NCBI GenBank assembly: GCA_964252035.1
Contig: OZ176200.1
DNA: 64,000 nt
Origin: Podarcis erhardii
Lineage: Eukaryota
Direction: 5' to 3' (one strand)
The translations under genes and the position numbers were made by a program. The notes under the pieces are model-generated. The model searched no databases and had not been told where the DNA came from. It saw only the letters and a program-made list of their open reading frames with translations. Below, in pieces: positions 43,434 to 64,000 of this stretch (its first letter is position 1; every line of letters starts with the position of its first letter).

Positions 43434-43871
43434 ATACTGAGACTGGCTGGATTTCCCTTTGGTCTTTACCTCTGACTGGTCCTCAAAGATTCTTGGAAAT
43501 GGAGTTCCCTGGAGTCACAAGGACGCCAAAGGGAATTCACAGTGGCTTCTGCTCCTAGCAGAAATCTGATTTAGCTTAAATGGTACACAGATCCTACAGC
43601 AACACACCCTATTTAACAGAAAAGTTCCCTTTAGGCAAGCCAGGAATAAAGAATTAACCTGATTTGGTTGGTTGTATCAGACAGGCAGGCTGAAGAATCA
43701 AAGGAAGGGAGGGGTCCCCCCCGAGTCTTTGACATAGCAGCTGAATTCCTTCGTTTGTTTGCAGTGGGAACCTCCCTTCTTCATGAATTTCAGATGCCCC
43801 CACTATTGGCAGTAACACACTGCCGGACCTGGCCTGGCCTGTGCTTGCTAGAGTCCTTTGCTCCCTTCTCA

Positions 43872-54047
<10,176 letters not shown>

Positions 54048-54483
54048 CTTCGCCGCCGCCGCCTCCTCCGAGTCGCGCCGCCCGCCACTGCTCCCCCTGC
54101 AGCCCGGCCGGGGGGCCGCAGCGCCAGCCAGCCAGCCTCGCTCGCTCGCTCCTCGCCTCCCGCGCTCTGCAGGAGGCCCTCGTGGCTGGCCAGGCCCGGC
54201 CGCCCCTCGAGCAGCGAGCGGGTCCAGCACGGGGAACCCGAGGGGAGGCGGCAGAGGGAGAAGCCTGGGGAGACTGCGGGGGGCAGCGGCAGCGCGTTCC
54301 TGGTTTGGGCTCTTCAAGAATTATTGCTGTTTATTTTGTTTGCAGTCTCAGGGCTCGGCTCTCCGGGTTCATTTTTCAAGCCGTCCTAGCCAATGCTTCC
54401 GTGCACGTTTATTTCTCGCGGGTCAAGCCCACGTCTTCCTTCAGGGAGGCCTACCTCTTTCTCTTCCTCCTGGCTGAAACGCC

Positions 54484-54615
54484 ACAACAACCCTGTCAGG
54501 TAGGTTAGGCGGAGAGGCAGTGACTGGCCCAAGGCCACCCAGTGAAATTCGTGGCCCAGCAAGGGCTTGAATCATGGTCCCAATCCGACACTCTGGCCAT
54601 TACACCACACTGGCA
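54484..54615 (-). mobile_element. MIR-like SINE fragment upstream of the TMEM178-like gene
   Basis: GACTGGCCCAAGGCCACCCAG core; reverse 5' end GCCAGTGTGGTGTAATGG. Confidence 0.55.
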
Positions 54616-54827
54616 CAAAGTGCATCTCTCCACCGCACCACCTGCCCTGGTAAGAGTTTCAAAGCAGTTGCTGAGGAATTAAAACACTTTCTATGCTGGG
54701 CATGTTTGCTGCTGTACTCCCCAGAGCAATCATGTGAAAGGAGAAAGATGGATACACATTCCTAATGGAGACACATGCCAGGAAACTGATGATCTGTGGC
54801 TCCTTGGCATTTCTGTTGTTTCAAGAG

Positions 54828-54954
54828 CAGGGAAAGGAACCTGTGGCCCTCCAGATGTTCCTTGATTACAATATCAATAATCCTTGATGCAAGTTGAAGG
54901 TGATGGGAATTGGAGACCTCCAAATATGGAAGGCTACAGGTTTCCTGGTCCTTG
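54828..54954. mobile_element. Old hAT MITE
   Basis: Decayed palindrome flanked by TTCAAGAG / TTCTAGAG. Confidence 0.6.
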
Positions 54955-54962
54955 TTCTAGAG

Positions 54963-55095
54963 CAGGCATAGGCAAACTCAGCTCTCCAGATGTTTTGGGA
55001 CTACAACTCCCATCTCTAGCTACCAGGACCAGTGGTCAGGGATGATGGGAGTTGTAGTCCCAAAACATCTGGAGAGCTGAGTTTGTCTATGCCTG
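54963..55095. mobile_element. Young palindromic hAT MITE (133 bp)
   Basis: Near-perfect arms CAGGCATAGGCAAACTCAGCTCTCCAGATGTTTTGGGACTACAACTCCCATC; TSD TTCTAGAG / CTCTAGAG. Confidence 0.9.
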
Positions 55096-57118
55096 CTCTA
55101 GAGCCACTCAGCTTTGGGCAAATTCCCTGACTAGGAAAATGAAAGAAATATGAAATGATCATACTTAGAGTCATGAGGGATTAGACCAGAGGCTGTTTCT
55201 TCTTGTTTCTTCCAACCATTGAGTAATGGCAGAGATGGATCTTTCCATGATTTGTCATTTTTTTCAGTGATATACATTCTGGAGTCCAATAAAAGGGTGA
55301 AAACATCTATGCTGATGAAGAAGAGGCCACACTCAGTTTTCTTTATTTCATCTCTACTGCCTCCAGGCCAAGTAGATCAATACAGATGAATGAGAAAATG
55401 CACAAGAGCTAGTGCAAAACAAAGACAGAAAGACAGAATTCTCTCTGCATTTCCTGAAGTGACAAATAGTGTGGAGAAATTAACTGTACTCCCCCCCCCC
55501 CGCCCCCAATCCTGTACGTAACACTGGGGTTGGCCTCTTCCCTTGGACCCTGAATGGCCACTTTAGGCAAAGCTTCCCAAGATCTGCAAACACAGTCCAG
55601 CCCAGGCAGTCTGGGCCGCAAGCCAGAAGCAACAGCTCACAGAGATTAATGAGTCAATGTCACCCACTTTGCATTCCTGAACTGTGATCAGAAAATTCCT
55701 GCTGCAGCTTGCAGCCTACGCCAAACCGAACCCTGATGCAAATAGCATACGCTTCTGGGTACTCCCTCTTGGGTATGCACCAAAGCCTCTTACCAATGCC
55801 AACTGGATTTTTAAGGACAACAAATATCCTGGAAAAATATATTGGGTACTGTGTCTTCCATGGTAGCTTTCCCTCCTTCAAGCCAGGGCTTTGCTAGTCC
55901 GCACAGAAGCGTGGCAAATTGGAGTCCTGGAGCAGCACTAACTGCCTAACAGTGAATAATCACACAGGATGCCTGGGAATAGGAAGGGTGTCTGTTTTGG
56001 AACAGTGATGTTCTGAAGCTGGATGCCTAACAGCTGACAACAGCTGTTAAAGAAAGGCTACTTTCCAAGGGCAGATCGAGAGAGACAGCCTTTTTCATGA
56101 TGAGAGTCAATGAGGCAGACCAGATGCATTCATTGCTGCTTTCTGGAAAATATGTGATTGAAACTTTCTTCTACATGGCTACTATAGGCAACCGTCCTTC
56201 AGATAAAACCACAAAAATCACAGTGTTCCCATCCCTGCAGATTTAAGGCTGCATAAGCAACAACATATGTTTCCACTACAAAGCAACAGGGAGCAGATGT
56301 TTAAATTATTCTCCATGCCCCGCTTAAGCAGAGAGGATGGTGCTTGAGGTGATCCAACAGTGGATGTTGTTCCTGCAACTTATGCAGGCTACAACCAAGC
56401 AATTGTCCTAACGATTGTTCTGGCATCCCATGACTCAGTAGCACATCAGATGCATATTCACTGTGTCACATGTGATGTTGAGTTTTGAGCTGCAAGCTGT
56501 GCAATCATACAGAAACACCCACCCACCCCTCAGGATCTAGACAGAGTGCCTAAGGGGCATATCTCACCTTTAGGCTTCACTAGAACTCGCCAAACAAATG
56601 ACCTGAGGATTGAAAGCACTAAGGAGTAAAGGCATGTTCAAACCAGAACAAAACTCAAGAACTTAATACAGTCTGAACCCACCTGACCTCTCTTTTAAAC
56701 ATCCTAAAACAGGAATATAACAAAAAGACTTGTCAGGACAAAAAAACTGCCAGATCATTTGCACTTCCCCACGTGTAATTAGCAGCACATCCACGCTACT
56801 GAATTAAAACAGAAACAGCACATACAACAGATGCCTGCTGGCTCTGGAGTGGAGAATGGCAGCAGAGTTTTGTGCTGATATTCTCCCAGTAGTGTTTTTG
56901 AAAGAAAATAAAAGTAGATAAGAAAATGGTCATCCATTTGCTGGAGTCAGGATGCAGATTTAGCTGCTGCCGTGGAAACTACTGTTTGTTCTAGGGCTGC
57001 TTGTGTCATTGGTGCAACACTGTAAAACGCTGAGGGCGGCTCCCAGGGAGAAGAGAAGCTGGTCATCGCTACAGTCAGGCAGCTTTTAAATGCTTTAATA
57101 ACATATTGAATTCCCAAA

Positions 57119-57234
57119 CCCTTGTGGCACAACGGGTTGGTGTGCCTGGCTGTTAATCAGAAGGTTGGTGGTTTGAGCCCACCCAGGGATGGCTGTAGGA
57201 TTCCTGCATTGCATTGCAGGGGGTTAAACTAGAT
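57119..57234 (+). mobile_element. tRNA(Asn)-headed SINE with CR1-type tail, interrupted at 57235 by a hAT MITE end
   Basis: GGCTGTTAATCAGAAGGTTGGTGGTTTGAGCCCACCCAGGGATG resembles the tRNA-Asn 3' half, then CCTGCATTGC..AGGGGGTTAAACTAGAT. Confidence 0.7.
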
Positions 57235-57472
57235 CAGGGACATCCAACTCCCAAGAGACTGCAATCTTCTCCCAGGAAAAAAAACCCCATGGGGGGCAGG
57301 TCTAAGTTGTTGAGCTTTTTTGGAGGGCAAATTTGCAGTCCTAATTAGTTAATGGGAATGCTGAAAAACCCTCACCAAAAGTTAGGACTACAAAGAAAAC
57401 CATACAAATCTGCAAGTAAAACTGTGACTATTCACAGAAAACAACATAACTTCTACAAATAATGATAAAACA

Positions 57473-57619
57473 TTTATTTATAAACAAGTTCAAATAACGA
57501 AACAGCTCGTTATATAAATGTAACATCATTGTATTCTTTTATTTTGAAGAGCACATAACCTCACACAGAGTTTACCTTTGTGCCACTGAAGACAGCTTGG
57601 TCTGAAAGCGCTGTTTATT
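57473..57619 (-). terminator. SLC39A13: Cluster of polyadenylation signals, likely the SLC39A13 3' end
   Basis: TTTATT on + (AATAAA on -) at 57473, 57538 and 57614, about 1.3-1.5 kb past the stop. Confidence 0.55.
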
Positions 57620-58284
57620 TGCAACACGACCATTTAGTCATTTGTTCTTCTGTCTTTCAATACACACTGAATCTCATTGCTGTTTTTAGAAGCCATTTCA
57701 TCTCACTGTTTGGCAACTGAAGGGCCTATTCGAATTATGCTGTCAAGCTGCGTTTACTTCCGTTTTTAAACTAGAAGTTGTATCATTTAGTTTTCTTGAC
57801 AGTCCTGATTTAAGCACTTGTGCTGGCGCTGAGTGGCCAGAAGTCATTCCTCTTTGTTTGACCCTGCAACAGTTGCACATCCAGAAAATCTTCCTTTTTC
57901 TCTATTTTTGGTAAAGCAAGCCAGCTCACTCAGCAAGGAGCTACCAGGTCAGCCAAAAGGAATGCAAAATGTGTCACAGGGGCTGAGACAGATCCAGAAA
58001 GGCAGAGTCTGCTGCTTCCATACTACCTTACGATTTGAAAGCATGAGGAACTCTTCCCAGTTTAAGCTGTACAGCCGTAAACCAGGCATTATAGCCAGGT
58101 TCCTTGGTTAGAGGCAGGCATTGAACAACCTCTCCAAAAGTTTCCAGCGTGAATACTGATTTCAGTTATAATGCTTCAACCCAACTGGATCTTCAGTTAC
58201 TGCTTAGGGAGAGGCACAGGATCAGGCAGTAGCAGACCTCATCCTAGAAGGTTCAGAAAGCAATTTTATGGCAGGGTGGGAGAA

Positions 58285-58490
58285 GGTTTCCATAGCTCAA
58301 AGGTAGCACTTATGATTTCCATGCAAAAGGTCTCAGATTCAATCCCTACTATCTCTAGTTTGAAAGAGATCTTGGGTACCAGAGCCTTCCTTGCCCAAGA
58401 TCCCGGAGAGCCACTGCAAGTCAGAGTACATAATACTAGGCTAGAGGGACTAATGTAAGTCTGACCAGGTATATCGTGGTTTCCTATATG
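58285..58490 (+). mobile_element. MIR-related (Squam3-like) SINE in the SLC39A13 3'UTR
   Basis: TAGCTCAAAGGTAG...AGATTCAATCCC head; GAGAGCCACTGCAAGTCAGAGT body. Confidence 0.6.
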
Positions 58491-58948
58491 AAACAACCAG
58501 GTATTTTGGCCTGGGATGGAAGATAATTTTTTCATCTCTATGCTTACATTGCAACCTGCCTTTTTATTCTTGCACACATCAAGTCCAAACTGGCAACACT
58601 GCCCCTTTCAGCAAAAGCAGTCCCTCTCTTCATTGCTGGTTGTTGTTTTGTGTTCATTTAAATTATTATTTTTTAACCACACACACACACAACTTGAAAA
58701 GAAAAATCCAGCCACCCCACTTTCTTTTCTCAATACTTTGGAAGTCCTGGCCTGTGAAGCTTTAGAAACAAGAAATGGAGTGCAGTATTCTCCTCCAGAA
58801 CCAGGCTTCCCTGATTTGCCTCTCGTAGCAGCAGCCAAATCCACAGGCACACAAAACAAAAATTCAATGGTGTCCCTTATTGCTCTGTAACAGTTCAGAA
58901 TGAAGGCAGCTTTGGGAAGCAGCAGAAGGCAGCCGGAGCAGGAGTCGC

Positions 58949-61900
58949 TCATTCGGTAGTGAATGAGAGAAGCACCATGACAATGATGCCAGTACACAGG
59001 AGGAGTACTTGTTGCACTGAGTTCCTAGGCGAAGGAAAAAGAAGAAGAAGAGAGGATGAGCTGAAGATCAGGCATGATGAGGATCTGGATCCTTCCATCC
59101 CCCACATTTTTATTCCTCCTGGGACCCTCAAGGCGGCTTATAATGGCTCCAAGATCAGGAATGGGGAAGCTTTGGTTCTTCAGATGTTGCGTGACTCCAA
59201 CTCCCATCAGCCCCATCAACACAGTCAATAGGGATGATGGGAGTTGTACTCCAACAATATGGAGGGCCACAGATTTCCCTTTGCTGCCCTGGAAGTTATG
59301 CATGGGGTGTTCCCCACCCCCACAGGTTTTTCTTCCCATAAGTAGATGTGGTGAAGACACTTACCAAGGATTCTTCTCTTCTAAGAGATCGGGCACGACA
59401 TTTACCAAGGCGATGTATAAAAAGCCCCCTGAGGTAAATGGGAGAATCCAAGCGATGGTTTCCCCTGTGTGGATAGTGAGAAACACACCAGTGACCAGGA
59501 GGTGGCAGGAGAGAACTGTATTTGGGTAAGATGGGATGGATATGGGGGTCTCTCATTCATCCCTTCTGCATACTCCAAGTCTTACCTGTCCCTTTGGGTG
59601 ACTGAGCACAAATTGCAAAGCAAGCACCGAGAATGCCTCCAAGGGCCGTGGAGAGCTGTAACTTGGCTGCGCTCCAACGATCAAAGCCAGCACGAAGGAG
59701 GATGACAAAATCTCCCACCTACAGCAACAAAGCGGGGACCAAAAAAAGAGAGAACTGCACTGAAGCTGACAACAGTCCCAAAGCATGGCACTGCAAGCTC
59801 TTTTCCAGAATTGCCATCTACAAAAAGTCCTTTCCTGAACAGATAACTAATTCCAAGCCGCAGAGTTAACAAGTGGGGAAGTCAAACATGGAACATAGTC
59901 AGATAACTCATTTATTCTAGCCTCATAGGGAGGAAAAGTATTCTTTCCAATTATTTGGTTGGCAATAAGTAATTCTAAGCAAACAGAACATTCACCATCT
60001 GCCGCCGCCACCACCAACACATTGGCTGAGAGAAAACCTAAGGATGTGCAAATACACAATATTTGCTTATCCCTTGTCTCTCCCTTCCATTCCATTTACT
60101 TCATTCATTGTCAAAATTCAGATTGTAAGATTCTTGGGGCAGGTATCTTTTTGGATTTTGTTACTCTGGAAAGTTTTGTATATTATTAGGTGTGTGTGTG
60201 TTTGTGTGTATTACAGAGTGTGTATATTACAGAGATTTGCTCACTCTTTCAAACAAAGCCCTGGCCTCCTGCTCAGACAAAACATTGAGACAACTTCCCA
60301 GCAAGCCTAATACAGATCCCGCTTACCTCATGGGGAATTTCATGCAGAAGGATTGCCATAGTGGTCAGGAGCCCAACCTACAGCCAATGGCAGAAACATG
60401 TTAAGACATTCCATATCACTCAACAGGGACACAAGTGCAGCAAAGCAAGACTTTTCTAAACATTTTTTCTCCTGGGGGGAAAGGGGAGATGCTGACCCTG
60501 TCCCCCTTTGAATGGTGATCTGTGCAGTTTTAGTCTTCAAAGCAATTGCAAGGGCTTTTAGTGTTGGGTTTTAAGGAAGAATGTGGAAAAAGCTGTAGTT
60601 ATTTAATACATATTATATAGATCTTCTGCTAGAATGAAAGTATTAGGAAAATGCTATACAGAAACAGCACAGAATTGCTTCTTATTTGTCTACTTGCTTT
60701 TAACACCAACCTCTGGGATCTGAACATTAGGGGAGAGTCAAACAGGTACCCTAAACAGGGAACTTACCTTTCTGCTAACCAAAAAGCTGGCTGCCACTGC
60801 CAGGCCATGTGTGAAATTATCTATTGTGTTGGCCAAAAGATTGAGGTATCCGCTGATCTACAGTGGCAGGGGAAAGAAAGAGAAATAAAATCAGAGCATC
60901 TAACACCTGAAAGACAAGGAGACCACAGACAAAGGCCATTTTCACAAACAAAGGTAAGAATGCCAATTTTATCCACAATGTAGCTTATATCAAACTTGTG
61001 AATGTGGTTGACGAGGCACATAACATAGTAAGTAGCAGTCTTTAAAGTGACTATCGTATTCTAACAACCCAATGGATGTGAGTTATCCTGTTTTGACAAG
61101 CAGATGCAGAAATTTAAAATATGGGTTGCCAGCTGTCAAACAGGAATGCAGCACGGGGCTTTTCTCTTAGTGTATGTGGTCCAGTTCGCCTCTCCTGAAC
61201 TGGAAAATGGCAGTTATATTCTTAAAAACACAGAAAGATGTTGAGAGATGGCATTTTTGTAAAGACGCGAGAATTTTGTTTTTAATGATAGAAACTTTTA
61301 AAGAAAGCGGCTTAAATTCAGGTAAAGACTGTGTACATAAAAAATAAAGGAGAAGGCAGGTGAAGGTCCAAACCAAGCAGGCGATGATGGAGTTGAAACC
61401 ATCATTCAGTGGTAAGATCCAAGGCTCAATCCCTGCCAATTATGTGGGACTGGGAAGAACCTCTGACTTTGACTCTGGACAGCTACTGCCAGTCAGAGTG
61501 GATGGGGCTAGACAGCCCAACGGTCTGACTCACTATAGGGAAGATTCATACATGTTTAAGAGGAAAGTATCTGCATGCCTGATCTCCCCTAAAAGTGAGG
61601 GTTTGGCTATTTTTTTTTTAATACTGCCTGCCATCTTTGCTTTCAGGAAGTTATTGAACTTCCTTTTGAGTTGTTTTTGCTTAGACAAATATCACATTTT
61701 CTCCACTGGCCCATGGACCCCACCCCCACCACCAAATTGTTTACCTTGATCTTCTGGGCTGGTAGCGAAGACAAGTGAGAAGAACCATTACTCTGAGCTG
61801 TGCCCAACTTCTTTCTTTGGACTGGACTGGCTGCCTCCTGCACAGCAGAGAAACTGCTCCCATTTGGAATCCGTTTAGCAGGTGCTTTGGAATCACTGAC

Positions 61901-62838
61901 CTAAGTCACGGAGAAGCGGCTGGTCTTTTTCCATGTCCATCAAACAGTGGCCCAGAAACCTTTCCCCATCCCCTTCATATAGTGCTATCCTAAACTCAAA
62001 GAAAACTATAGCTTCTTTACATCTGATGATCTCCAAAGCAGAAGAAAGTTTGCAAAAAAAAAGGACACAGAAGCCCAGAGACTGTCATTTTAAGTGGTTT
62101 ATTAGGCAAAGTCACACAAATCAGACAAGGACGACCTCCACTTTGCTCATGCAAGGTTGACGGGGAAGCAAACAGATATCCTGCTTTCCTGACTCCCTAA
62201 CTCTAACCTAAACACACACACACAATTCAAAACTTGAAAATCCCATACTTTGTATTTTGCATAATGTATTCAAATAGTATATTGAAAGCATTTATGCCAA
62301 ATATAGAGGAAGTTATGCCAAGTACAGAGGAATTGTGCACATGGTGGGGGCAGGAATTGATATAGGATGGGGTGGTTAAATTGTGGCCCTCCATATTTTT
62401 TGGGAGTCTAACGCTCATCAGCCCCAGCCAAATGGTGAAGAATGATGGGAACTGTAGTGCAACAACATGTTGAAAGGCCACAAGTTAACCATTCCTGCCA
62501 CAGGGCATTATGGAGCCCTTCTGTTCTCCTGCTGACCTTCACACAAGGAGTTTATGTCATGCCTTCTGAATCACTGAGGAGGCTACTGGGAGGCTGAGGA
62601 GGAGGCTACTGGGAGGGATAGGAAGTTAAGCTTCATGCTGCGTTTCCAAGATCACATGGCAACATCACATGTCATAATCAAACTGGGATCTTGCACCCCT
62701 CTCAGAATCCACTCACCAAGCTGGAGCTTCCTTCCTTTCCACTGTCTGGGAACATCTTCTGGAGGCTCAGGAAGGTCAGCAAACCAATGATCACCCAGAG
62801 TCCTAGGAGCTTCTGCTGCTGGAAACTCTGCCCTTCTC
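58949..62838 (-). CDS. SLC39A13: Zinc transporter ZIP13, 3' part (5'-partial). Exons 62838-62717, 61900-61745, 60857-60768, 60377-60327, 59718-59586, 59464-59365, 59024-58949
   Basis: [53 protein letters not shown]-1 motif [79 protein letters not shown] boundaries with consistent phases. Confidence 0.96.
59155..59290. mobile_element. Degenerate hAT MITE
   Basis: AACTCCCATCAGCCCC...GATGATGGGAGTTGTA core. Confidence 0.6.
61400..61558 (+). mobile_element. MIR-related (Squam3-like) SINE, diverged
   Basis: CTACTGCCAGTCAGAGTGGA...GGTCTGACTCACTATAGG. Confidence 0.55.
62367..62497. mobile_element. Degenerate hAT MITE
   Basis: TGTGGCCCTCC...GATGGGAACTGTAGT...GGCCACA palindromic structure. Confidence 0.6.
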
Positions 62839-63023
62839 CTGTAGAGGGGAAAGAGGTAGAATGGACAAGTCTCACCGTAACCTGAAAATCAGGAGCCCCC
62901 CAAACCATTTTCCCCACACAAAAGCAAACAAAAGTAAAACACACACCCCCCTGCTTCAGTCACACAAAAGGCAAACTGGATTCCAGAAGAAACATACAAA
63001 TCTGGGGCCAGTGCACTCTAGAG

Positions 63024-63159
63024 CAGGGTTTCCCAGACTTGGGTCTCCAGCTGCTTTTGGACTACAGTTCCAATCATCCCTGACCACTGGTCCTGCTAGC
63101 TAGAGATGATGGAAGTTGTAGTCCAAACACAGCTGGAGACCCAGGTTTGGGAAACCCTG
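63024..63159. mobile_element. hAT MITE (136 bp)
   Basis: TIR CAGGGTTTCCC / GGGAAACCCTG; perfect 8-bp TSD CTCTAGAG. Confidence 0.9.
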
Positions 63160-64000
63160 CTCTAGAGTATTACCAGTGCTGTTGGTGTAAAGTAAGAACC
63201 CACACACTCAGCACACATCTCTGATAAAGCTGAAACAAAAGAGTCTAAGGGTGCTTCCACATGTCAGCTATAGTGGGGATGCCAACTGACCCAGAGCATC
63301 AATCACCTGTAAACAACACAGGTAGGCAGGGGATGGATGGATGAGCTCTGTGCCTGATGCTGGAGTGGGTGAATCTATAATAAATTGACCCAGCAAAGCT
63401 CTTCTGTTCTCAAGCACTCTTCTCAAGTCTAGAAAAAAAGAAGCCTTGAAAATAGAAGAGGACTCTGTAGTAAAGGGTGGGGGGGCACCTGTGCTTTTTA
63501 TAGCTCCCTCTTCCTATGGCTACCACTCTCTGTCTCTCGCTGTATATCTCTCCCCACCCATCTCTTCTTGGATACCTTCACGCACCTAGCTCCCTGCCAA
63601 CCCACTTCCCGTGACAGAATGTTGATTCCTTGAAAACTCAAGTCCTGCAAGCTGGAGATGCTTTACTTGCAAATTCATTAACTCTGCATGTTTTATTCAG
63701 AGAAAAAAGCTGGGGTTTTTTGTGTGTGCAAAGAGACATAGGCAGCCCCCGGTTACAGCCACACCAGGGCAGATTCTGAAGCTGAGCCTGCCTAAGCTGC
63801 GTGCACAGGCATGAAGTCTGTGCTCTGGAGAGCTCATTCCGCCTCCTCCTCCCGCCACACCCTGGCAAAGTTCTTTGCCTAAGGACAAAAGATGTCCTTT
63901 TTTATTAGATGGAGTGCAGTCAGCTTCCCACACGCTGTTGAGACTGGCTGTAGGCAAGGGAGAATGACAGGCATGTGTGTGGTGATGCAATCCTGAAGCC

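Noticed and set aside
54048-54317. 90-aa N-terminal extension of the TMEM178-like ORF in the ORF track
   Set aside because: Starts at TTG in GC-rich 5'UTR. The ATG at 54047 has good context (AAGATGG) and directly precedes the first hydrophobic helix.
57119-57191. Apparent tRNA-Asn gene
   Set aside because: Degenerate A/B boxes and stems, fused to a SINE tail.
63160-64000. Next upstream SLC39A13 exon (HLLPEAW motif)
   Set aside because: Not found in any frame; it presumably lies beyond the window.

Overview
Vertebrate genomic DNA, most likely a lacertid-type squamate lizard (inferred from the SINE/MITE complement, not from a search). It carries the conserved block CELF1 (+, last 5 coding exons plus 3'UTR) - RAPSN (+, complete, 8 exons, 412 aa) - PSMC3 (+, complete, 12 exons, 422 aa) - a TMEM178-family gene (-, complete, 4 exons, 318 aa) - SLC39A13/ZIP13 (-, last 7 coding exons). 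All exon boundaries were placed by hand; all are GT-AG and the splice phases close correctly. The best leads are: (1) a minimal hammerhead-ribozyme motif in a young Penelope-like insertion that forms a perfect 56-bp hairpin in PSMC3 intron 2; (2) a TMEM178 paralogue between PSMC3 and SLC39A13, which as I recall are direct neighbours in human, suggesting a third family member lost in mammals; (3) a CELF1 3'UTR intron with an alternative terminal exon whose acceptor is hidden in an N-gap; (4) several LINE/SINE partner pairs and nested MITEs. No searches were run. Comparisons with human or other orthologues and repeat-family names come from memory and need confirmation. I found no prokaryote-type system (CRISPR, operon) and no convincing wholly novel gene.
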